Below the pieces are notes generated by a model. It saw only the letters and a program-made list of their open reading frames with translations. It did not search any database and was not told where the DNA came from. Position numbers and translations under genes: made by a program. Below, piece after piece: positions 47,524 to 54,387 of a DNA stretch of 54,387 bases. This DNA is from Christensenella sp. (GTDB lineage Bacteria > Bacillota > Clostridia > Christensenellales > Christensenellaceae). Position 1 is the first letter of the stretch, and every line of letters begins with the position of its first letter. The stretch covers positions 1-54,387 of the forward strand of contig NZ_JAYFPU010000206.1 in the NCBI RefSeq assembly GCF_034927525.1, given 5' to 3'.

Positions 47524-47547
47524 AATACTTTGCTAAAAATATAAAAC

Positions 47548-47579
47548 AAATCCGAGCCCCCAGAAAGGGGTTCGGATTT
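47548..47579 (-). terminator. tRNA terminator hairpin
   Basis: AAATCCGAACCCC-TTTCTG-GGGGCTCGGATTT on the minus strand followed by GTTTTAT. Confidence 0.65.
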
Positions 47580-47588
47580 TAGATGGTC

Positions 47589-47665
47589 TGGTGTGCCAGA
47601 AGGGATTCGAACCCCCGACCTCTTGATTCGTAGTCAAGCACTCTATCCAGCTGAGCTACTGGCAC
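47589..47665 (-). tRNA. tRNA-Arg(ACG)
   Basis: 77 nt GTGCCAGTAGCTCAGCTGGATAGAG...CTTGA-CTACGAA-TCAAG...GGTTCGAATCC...CTGGCAC-A-CCA; cloverleaf with encoded CCA. Confidence 0.97.
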
Positions 47666-47689
47666 GACTATAAAATTTAAAGCTTTATT

Positions 47690-47718
47690 ATTGTATAATA
47701 GAACACTTTAAAAGTCAA
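47690..47718 (-). promoter_or_regulatory. sigma70 promoter of tRNA-Arg
   Basis: TTGACT 47718-47713, 17 bp, TACAAT 47695-47690. Confidence 0.75.
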
Positions 47719-47824
47719 TGTCTACGATCAAAAATACGATCGTCGATTTCTTTAGAAAATGTTTACTGTTTTTATGCGGCGAATACGATATAATATCCAC
47801 AGACTTTTGAAACGGGGGCTTTTG

Positions 47825-48379
47825 ATGCTGCAAAATCTGGATCGCGCAATGCTGCTATGGACTTCGGTCTCTTTTTCATGTTATTTTCTCAATATACTGA
47901 TGCCGGCATTTTCCGTGATCAACGACAACGGATTTATTTGGCTGCTTCTCGGCGCTCTAATGCTGCTCGATAAAAAAATGCGCAAGGCCGGATGGATGAT
48001 GCTTCTTTGTATCGGACTTTCGTATATTCTTGGCAATCTGATTTTAAAGGAACTGGTGATGCGGCCGCGGCCGTTCGAACAGTTTGGCGTTTCGCAGCTT
48101 TTGATCTCGCCGCCGGACGATTATTCCTTTCCTTCCGGGCATACGTCTTCCTCGTTTGCCGCGGTGACTATGCTTTTTCTAACCAAGCAAAAAGCGCGCA
48201 CCACAGCAGCGGTCTACGCGCTTCTTATTTCTTTTTCACGGGTATATTTGTTTGTACATTTCCCGTCAGACGTCCTGCTAGGCGCAATACTCGGCATTGC
48301 ATGCGCATACATTACGTTTGCCATGTTCGCTTGCTGCAAAGCGCCAAAACAACTTTACGAATCGATCGAGATCACCTGA
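47825..48379 (+). CDS. PAP2-family phosphatase (undecaprenyl-PP phosphatase-like)
   Basis: K..V.RPRP, SFPSGH, SRVYLFVHFPSDV motifs. Confidence 0.9.
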   Translation: MLQNLDRAMLLWTSVSFSCYFLNILMPAFSVINDNGFIWLLLGALMLLDKKMRKAGWMMLLCIGLSYILGNLILKELVMRPRPFEQFGVSQLLISPPDDYSFPSGHTSSSFAAVTMLFLTKQKARTTAAVYALLISFSRVYLFVHFPSDVLLGAILGIACAYITFAMFACCKAPKQLYESIEIT

Positions 48380-48567
48380 TATCCCGCGTTTTCTACCGTT
48401 TCTTTGAGCAGCGCGTCGCTAACGTCGCCTGCAACGTCAATGCTCGCTGTTTTGGCCTCTAAATCGACCTTGGCAGTTACGCCATCCAGCTGGTTCAGTA
48501 GCATTTCGACACGGCCGGAGCAATGGCTACAAGACATTCCTTCGATCTTCATTGTTTTATGCATCAT
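48355..48567 (-). CDS. copZ: Heavy-metal-associated (HMA) copper chaperone
   Basis: IEGMSCSHC...VENAGY. Confidence 0.82.
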   Translation of the reverse strand: MMHKTMKIEGMSCSHCSGRVEMLLNQLDGVTAKVDLEAKTASIDVAGDVSDALLKETVENAGYQVISIDS

Positions 48568-48576
48568 TCATTCTCC

Positions 48577-49395
48577 TTATTTTTCCAGTACGGCCTGTAC
48601 CACATAGCGGTTTTCGTCCTGTCCTCTTACACATGTGGAAAGCGTTATGATGTTATCCTGTGCGCTGAGCTCCACATCCGTCTTATAGGGGGAGCGCCCG
48701 CGCATTTTTTTTAAGTATTGCTCATAATTCTCGTCGCTTGCAAAGCCCATGGTATACGTTTCGTCTACCTCGTTTACCGTATACGCCGAGAATATCTTAT
48801 ATTCGTTCACGCTGCCATCCTGCAGATAAACATATACCGTGTCGTTTTCCCTGAAAAACGCATCGCTTTCGTATTGGTTCAGCGTTCCAAACATAGAGCC
48901 GTCATTCATACGGTGTCCATAGATGATCGTATTCTGGTCAGAAAAATCCGGGGCATTCTGATAATCGAGGAAAATCGCGCCCGCGCGGTATTCTGTTTTA
49001 TCCACATTGTGCGAAATATAATAATCGTTATCTTTGCCAATCACGATCGGATAATCGATCTTGGTGTTAGGCATGTATATCCAGCCGACAACATCTTCAT
49101 TGATCGCTTTTAAGGCGGCAAAATCGATCTTTCTGTCCCGCGGGTCGTCACTTGCCCCCTCTGGCTGTGCCGACGCTGCGGCCACTTCCTTCAATTTGTC
49201 ATAAGCTCCTTCGCTCGCCCAGTCTTCGCTCTTGATATCAAAATATTGCACCAGAGAAAATACGAGAACAACCGCGGCAATTACAATAACGACCCACGAA
49301 ATCACTCCGCTGCGTTTTTTGCGCGGCGTGCTCTCCTGCGTCTCCGGCATTTCCTGCTTATTTTTCTCCGGCTCTTCTCCAATTTTATTTGCCAT
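48577..49395 (-). CDS. srtB: Class B sortase
   Basis: N-terminal TM; INEDVVGWI, IDYPIV, GAIFLD, IIYGHRM.DGSMF, ITLSTC, R.VV. Confidence 0.9.
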   Translation of the reverse strand: MANKIGEEPEKNKQEMPETQESTPRKKRSGVISWVVIVIAAVVLVFSLVQYFDIKSEDWASEGAYDKLKEVAAASAQPEGASDDPRDRKIDFAALKAINEDVVGWIYMPNTKIDYPIVIGKDNDYYISHNVDKTEYRAGAIFLDYQNAPDFSDQNTIIYGHRMNDGSMFGTLNQYESDAFFRENDTVYVYLQDGSVNEYKIFSAYTVNEVDETYTMGFASDENYEQYLKKMRGRSPYKTDVELSAQDNIITLSTCVRGQDENRYVVQAVLEK

Positions 49396-49467
49396 AAAAC
49401 TCCTTTTTTTCCGTTTATTTCCTACTATATATATAAACAGAAAACGTATTTGCTAAGCACCCGCATA

Positions 49468-50235
49468 TCAAATCCCGTAGGCGGGAAGACTACTTGTCTG
49501 CGTGTTGTCGTAGACGAAATCAACGGCATAATTGCCCTGTCCGTCTAAAAACAGCGTGATATAGACGATGTTGTCGCCCACTCTGCGCCACGCATACTGA
49601 AAACCTGCCGTCCTGTTGCGCAAGACAGCGTCCGTGATATCTTCCTGTGTAAACTCGCCCACCATTGCCATATCCATCATATCGCCCGTCGGGCTTAACG
49701 ACCACAGATGGATGTTCGCAGTCCCGTATTTTTGCTGCGTTGCATGAAGCAGCGCTGTAAACTCTTTTACGATCAGCAGCGGTGTGATGGTTTTTAAGTC
49801 CCCGCTGTAAAAATAATTGACGTAATCGTTCTTTCCGTTGCTGCCAAAGGCGAGGATCACCCCGCCGTCTTTGCCCATGAACGGCGTTTCTTTTAAGTAC
49901 GTTCCGTCTGCCTGCACACTATAGGATGCGTCTGCGTCTGCCTCGGGAAGCGTCAACGCGCTTTCGCCGGAAAGCAAACTTTCCGGATCGACCAGCAGCT
50001 CAAAATCCTCATCGCCACGCTGCGCGCTATACGTTTCCTCGGGCTGCGGCGTTTCTTCTGCTGTCTGCGGCAAGGTGGGAAGCGGCCTTGGGCGCTTTGT
50101 GGGGGTGGGCGCCGCTTCTGTCTGCTGCGCAAGCACACTTTCGCCTATATCGTACAGCATGCCGCACGAGCAGCACAAAACGAGTATGACAGCCGTCATA
50201 CACAAAATGCACACCCGTTTTTTCCACTTATCCAT
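49468..50235 (-). CDS. Hypothetical lipoprotein
   Basis: Signal with LCCSC lipobox-like motif and Pro/Thr linker; co-directional with neighbours. Confidence 0.65.
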   Translation of the reverse strand: MDKWKKRVCILCMTAVILVLCCSCGMLYDIGESVLAQQTEAAPTPTKRPRPLPTLPQTAEETPQPEETYSAQRGDEDFELLVDPESLLSGESALTLPEADADASYSVQADGTYLKETPFMGKDGGVILAFGSNGKNDYVNYFYSGDLKTITPLLIVKEFTALLHATQQKYGTANIHLWSLSPTGDMMDMAMVGEFTQEDITDAVLRNRTAGFQYAWRRVGDNIVYITLFLDGQGNYAVDFVYDNTQTSSLPAYGI

Positions 50236-50253
50236 TTTGTTGATCGCCTTTTC

Positions 50254-51513
50254 TTACTTGTTGAACAAATCCATAAAATCGAATGTTGCAAAATAATCTT
50301 CCGGCGTTTCGGCACGGCGAATGAGCTGCGTCGTTCCGTCCTCTTTTAAGAGCACCTCCGCACTGCGAAGCTTTCCATTGTAGTTATAACCCATCGCAAA
50401 GCCGTGTGCGCCCGTATCGTGGATCACCAGCAAATCGCCCCTGTCGATCTCCGGCAGCATACGGTCGATGGCAAATTTATCGTTGTTCTCGCACAGACCG
50501 CCTGTTACATCATACTTGTGGTCGTGCGGCGCATCTTCCTTGCCCATTACCGTGATGTGGTGATAAGACCCGTACATCGCGGGACGCATCAGGTTTGCCG
50601 CGCACGCGTCCACCCCGATGTATTCCTTATAAGTATGTTTTTCATGGATCGCACGCGTGACCAGGCAGCCGTACGGCCCAAGCATGAAGCGTCCAAGCTC
50701 TGTGAAGATAGCGACGTCGCCCATCCCGGCCGGCACAAGCACATCTTCAAACGCGGCTTTGACCCCTGCGCCCACCTTTAAGATATCGACAGGCTCTCCT
50801 GTCGGTTCGTAAGGGATACCGACCCCGCCCGACAAATTGATGAAACGGATATCCGCACCTGTTTCGTCACGCAGTTTGACCGCGAGCCCGAACAGGATAC
50901 GCGCAAGCTCCGGATAATAGTCCTCTGTCTGGGTGTTGCTGGCGAGAAACGCATGGATACCGAATTTTTTCGCCCCCAGCACCATAAGCTCCCGGTAGGC
51001 GGTGACCATCTGGTCGTACGTCATGCCATACTTCGAGTCGCCCGGGTTGTCCATGATGCCGTTTGCCGTCTGAAATTTCCCGCCCGGGTTGTAGCGACAG
51101 CAGATCGTTTCGGGGATGCCCGCGACCTCATTTAAAAACGCCACGTGCGTCAGATCGTCTAAATTGATGATCACGCCCATCTCTTTTGCCAGCTGAAAAT
51201 CCTCCGCCGGCGTATCGTTTGAAGAAAACATGATCTCGTGCCCGGAAAAGCCGCACGCGCGCGACAGCATCAACTCCGTATAGGATGAACAATCCATGCC
51301 GCAGCCTTCTTCTTTCAGTATCTTCATGATGACCGGGTTGGGCGTCGCCTTGACCGCAAAATATTCCTTGAACCCTTTGTTCCATGAAAACGCTTCGTTC
51401 ATACGCCGCGCGTTTTCGCGGATGCCTTTTTCGTCGTACAGGTGAAAGGGCGTTGGATATTTTGCCGCGATCTTATCAAGCTGCTCTTTGGTCACAAACG
51501 GTCTCTTCTCCAT
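50254..51513 (-). CDS. lysA: Diaminopimelate decarboxylase
   Basis: PTPFHLYDE, FAVKATP (PLP Lys), SKYG, ELGR, GGLCENND, HDTGAHG..MGYNYNG. Confidence 0.93.
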   Translation of the reverse strand: MEKRPFVTKEQLDKIAAKYPTPFHLYDEKGIRENARRMNEAFSWNKGFKEYFAVKATPNPVIMKILKEEGCGMDCSSYTELMLSRACGFSGHEIMFSSNDTPAEDFQLAKEMGVIINLDDLTHVAFLNEVAGIPETICCRYNPGGKFQTANGIMDNPGDSKYGMTYDQMVTAYRELMVLGAKKFGIHAFLASNTQTEDYYPELARILFGLAVKLRDETGADIRFINLSGGVGIPYEPTGEPVDILKVGAGVKAAFEDVLVPAGMGDVAIFTELGRFMLGPYGCLVTRAIHEKHTYKEYIGVDACAANLMRPAMYGSYHHITVMGKEDAPHDHKYDVTGGLCENNDKFAIDRMLPEIDRGDLLVIHDTGAHGFAMGYNYNGKLRSAEVLLKEDGTTQLIRRAETPEDYFATFDFMDLFNK

Positions 51514-51541
51514 CTTGTACTCCTTGACGTACTAAAAAATT

Positions 51542-52312
51542 TTATGCAAGATCCTTTGGATTTGGCTCGATGTATACCGCAACCAGCTCCGGCGGATTGT
51601 TGATCCTGATTTTCGGGTAGCCGCTCGACCCGAGGCCGCGGCTGATGATCATGGTCGTTATGCCGTCCGTGAATTCACCCTGCACATACTTGGGCATGAA
51701 GCCTTGCCCGCTCATGGCGAACGTGCCGATCTTGGGGAAGCGTATCTGTCCCGCGTGGGTATGCCCGGACAGCACAAGGTCGATATTTTTATGCAGGTAC
51801 AGCGGATAATACTCCGGCCTGTGGGCAAGGAAAAGATTAAACCCGCTCGTTTGGGAGAACACCCCCACCGAATCGAGAACGTCTACCCCCGAAAAGGAAA
51901 CGTCGTCCATGCCCGCAATGTTGATCTCGTTGCCGCCGGCACGCACCTTTTTAAGGTCTCCGCCCCGCAGTACCGTAACGCCGTATTCCTGCATAATATC
52001 TTCGATCTGTCCATCAAAATTGCGCTCGTGGTTGCCTGTGACAAAATAGGCCGGGGCAATGCCCGCCAGCGTGCGCGCAAACTGCTTGGTGTAGCGCGCG
52101 TCGATCCCTTTTTGGTGTTCGTGCGCTACCATATCGCCCGTGATTGCAATAATATCCGGCATCAGCTTTTCTACCTTATGGAACAACTGGCCGTTGCGGA
52201 TGCCGAATTCCTTTTCGTGCAAATCGGAAAGGTGCGCCACCACCACACCGCTTGTTACTTTATCGCTCAAAATCCCGTAGGATGTCGTTTGTACCGTATT
52301 GTTATTGAACAT
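51542..52312 (-). CDS. Calcineurin-like metallophosphoesterase (YkuE-like)
   Basis: SDLH, TGD, GNHE, LAHRP, SGHTHAGQ. Confidence 0.92.
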   Translation of the reverse strand: MFNNNTVQTTSYGILSDKVTSGVVVAHLSDLHEKEFGIRNGQLFHKVEKLMPDIIAITGDMVAHEHQKGIDARYTKQFARTLAGIAPAYFVTGNHERNFDGQIEDIMQEYGVTVLRGGDLKKVRAGGNEINIAGMDDVSFSGVDVLDSVGVFSQTSGFNLFLAHRPEYYPLYLHKNIDLVLSGHTHAGQIRFPKIGTFAMSGQGFMPKYVQGEFTDGITTMIISRGLGSSGYPKIRINNPPELVAVYIEPNPKDLA

Positions 52313-52443
52313 TCCTTTTCCTTATCTGTTTGACTGTGGTCAATTTCCATTGGAAATTGATTTTATTATAGTATAAAAAAGGCTTGGATTCAATCAATCG
52401 GTATGTCCTAAGCATTAATATTTTGTAAAAATTACCATTTTTC

Positions 52444-53592
52444 TTACCAAAGGAGGGTTGATGATCCAAACCAAAGGAACACAAGGCCACATTCCAGCGC
52501 TGCGGACGCTATGACCGCCGTGATCGCGAGCCACTTTTTATTGATGTGAAAAAGCAGGTCTGTGAAGGCAAGCATGAACAAAGCGTTGCACGCGATGTAG
52601 CGCGGTATGGATTGCAGGCGTACAGAAACGGGGATCAGCAGCAGCGCAAACGCCATGCCCGCTTCCGCGTATCTTTTTTTGTATACCAGAAAGCAGCACA
52701 GTGCAAGTCCCGCGAGCGCGCAGACGGCAAAAAAGATCTGCCGTGCCTTACCCGAGGCAAAGCCGTTCGCAATGGTGACAAACGGATTGCCGATCGACCC
52801 TTCCCACGCGCTTTGTACGTGCACGAACGCCAGCGGGTCGCCCGTGCGCGTCCACAAAAAAAGCATAAACAGCACAAGTCCGGCGGCAGTGAGCACCGCA
52901 CCCAGTATCGCGTCTCTTAACTTGCCCTTATGCTGCCCTTTGCGGTGATCGTACAGCAACTGGATGAGCATACCAAGCAGCAGCACAATGCCTGTATTTT
53001 TTGTGAGCGCCAGAAAAAAGCCAAAGATTCCCGCAAATAGATATTGCCGTCTGTGCAGGAATAGCAGTCCGCCCGCAAACAGAAAGAGATACAACGATTC
53101 TGTATAGTAGCTCGCGAAATAAAACGTATAGCAGCCGAGCGAAAACAGCACGCACAGCACGACCGCCTGACGCATATTTGCGCCGCGCGTTTCGAGTACA
53201 TACCGCATCAGCAGGGCAAGCGCCCCCGCCTGAAAAAGGATATTTAAAACAAAACCTAGAATGTTGATGTCGAGACCCGTCAGAAAGTTTGCACCACGCA
53301 CGATCAGGCTGAACAATGGGAAGAACGCCCAGTTGACAAGCCCGCCGCCATAATCAGCGCCCCACGTGTATCCCTGTGTGGTGATGCCCTGATACCACTC
53401 CGCGTCCCAGATGTTGAGTGCCTGCAAAAACGTTCGCGTATCTCCCTGAACGCCGGCATATCCGCAAAAAAGCAAAAACAGCAGCAAACGGGAAAGCAGC
53501 ACGATCAGCAATGAAAAAAGGCAAATATTCCGTATGGAATATTTGCTCTCTTTCAGCCAGCCATAAAATCCCGTCTCTGCACGCAGTTCCAT
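52444..53592 (-). CDS. GT-C membrane glycosyltransferase (PIG-V/mannosyltransferase-like)
   Basis: WDAEWY..I...GY, AFFPLF, YTESL, TGDPLAF..VQ..W, RY; many TM helices. Start at ATG 53592. Confidence 0.8.
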   Translation of the reverse strand: MELRAETGFYGWLKESKYSIRNICLFSLLIVLLSRLLLFLLFCGYAGVQGDTRTFLQALNIWDAEWYQGITTQGYTWGADYGGGLVNWAFFPLFSLIVRGANFLTGLDINILGFVLNILFQAGALALLMRYVLETRGANMRQAVVLCVLFSLGCYTFYFASYYTESLYLFLFAGGLLFLHRRQYLFAGIFGFFLALTKNTGIVLLLGMLIQLLYDHRKGQHKGKLRDAILGAVLTAAGLVLFMLFLWTRTGDPLAFVHVQSAWEGSIGNPFVTIANGFASGKARQIFFAVCALAGLALCCFLVYKKRYAEAGMAFALLLIPVSVRLQSIPRYIACNALFMLAFTDLLFHINKKWLAITAVIASAALECGLVFLWFGSSTLLW

Positions 53593-53597
53593 GTTGT

Positions 53598-54387
53598 CTA
53601 CGCTTCCGTTTCCCGGTAAGCCGTCAGATAATTCATACAGTATTCGTCTTGCCCCAAAAGCATTTGCGTCGCACAAAGGTGGAGCTTCATCGCATTGTTT
53701 GTAATATCCATGATGGGCGCGTCCATGCCCTCGCCCATTGCGCACGCAAGGAATGCCTGGTTAATGATGCCGCGCTTAGGCAGCCCGAACGAAATGTTGG
53801 AAAGCCCGGCAAGAAGGTGCACGTCCGGATATGCTTCGCGCAGGATGCGCGTCGCTGTGAGCGCTTCTTTGGGCGCGTCCCAGCCCGTCGCAGCCGCTTC
53901 CACCACGATATCCACATAGATATCGCTGTCCGAAACGCCTTCCTTGCGCAGTATTTCGATCAGCTTTTGCGCGTTGCTCACCCTGCGCTCCGCTGTTTTG
54001 GGTATGCCGTCCCCATCGAGCGGCATGGCTACGATACCCGTCTTATACTGCTTTACAAGCGGAAGCACGCCCTGCATACGCTCGTCCTCCAGCGTCACGG
54101 AATTGATAATAGCATTTTTGAGCTCCACCTGTTCAAACAGATACGCAAGCGCTTTTGGGTTGGTGGAATCCGCCATGATGCCGCAGTCGGGCGCTGCCTG
54201 ACGCGCAAGCTTTGCCGCCCACACAAGCGTTTCTTCCTCGTTTTCGCACATACCCGTGTTGATATCGAGATAATGTGCGCCCGCTGCCGCCTGGCGCGCG
54301 GCAAGGCCGGCTACAAACTCTTCGTTTTTTGCGCTCATCGCCTCGAGCGTCGAGGGAATGGAGCTGTTGAGTTTTTCTCCAATAATG
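53598..54387 (-). CDS. Methyltetrahydrofolate:corrinoid methyltransferase (AcsE/pterin-binding family); start lies outside the window
   Basis: Frame open to the window edge (IIGEKLNSS); GAHYLDIN, DSTN, INSV, GLSNISFGLP.R..IN.AFL, LLGQDEYCMNYL. Confidence 0.88.
   Translation of the reverse strand, partial: IIGEKLNSSIPSTLEAMSAKNEEFVAGLAARQAAAGAHYLDINTGMCENEEETLVWAAKLARQAAPDCGIMADSTNPKALAYLFEQVELKNAIINSVTLEDERMQGVLPLVKQYKTGIVAMPLDGDGIPKTAERRVSNAQKLIEILRKEGVSDSDIYVDIVVEAAATGWDAPKEALTATRILREAYPDVHLLAGLSNISFGLPKRGIINQAFLACAMGEGMDAPIMDITNNAMKLHLCATQMLLGQDEYCMNYLTAYRETEA

Noticed and set aside
53593-53745. N-terminal extension of the glycosyltransferase ORF
   Set aside because: Overlaps the methyltransferase C-terminus; ATG 53592 is the more plausible start.
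1-54387. CRISPR arrays, anti-phage defence genes, prophage, integrase or transposase
   Set aside because: No repeat-spacer array or recognisable protein of these classes was seen.

Overview
Ordinary-looking chromosome of an anaerobic, clostridia-like Bacillota gut bacterium (gene style suggests Christensenellaceae; inference only). From left to right: a TetR-controlled divergent ABC exporter/flavodoxin-ferredoxin locus; a ~200-nt highly structured intergenic element; a class III ribonucleotide reductase (nrdDG) under tandem NrdR boxes plus a cobalamin riboswitch; a sugar/polyol operon (lactonase, Fe-ADH, GldAFG/DUF4340 exporter, RbsABC-type importer) divergent from a SorC-type regulator and an FGGY kinase; an acyl-CoA synthetase; rlmA; a two-component system; and a ~15-kb co-directional catabolic cluster (PocR/AraC, gldA-dhaK-dhaL, three paralogous IbeA-like FAD oxidoreductases, a LIV-type ABC importer, thl-crt-hbd). 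After that come an AT-richer islet beside tRNA-Arg(ACG) with two XRE genes and an ECF sigma/RsgI-like anti-sigma/Cys-rich secreted protein trio, then copZ, sortase B, lysA, a metallophosphoesterase, a GT-C glycosyltransferase and a truncated AcsE-like methyltransferase. No CRISPR array, rRNA, transposase, integrase or phage gene was seen. The best candidates for an undescribed system are the triple IbeA-like oxidoreductase/glycerol-DHA cluster, the structured element at 3224-3428, and the tRNA-adjacent ECF/RsgI-like module. All family calls come from motif recognition by eye; no database search was run.
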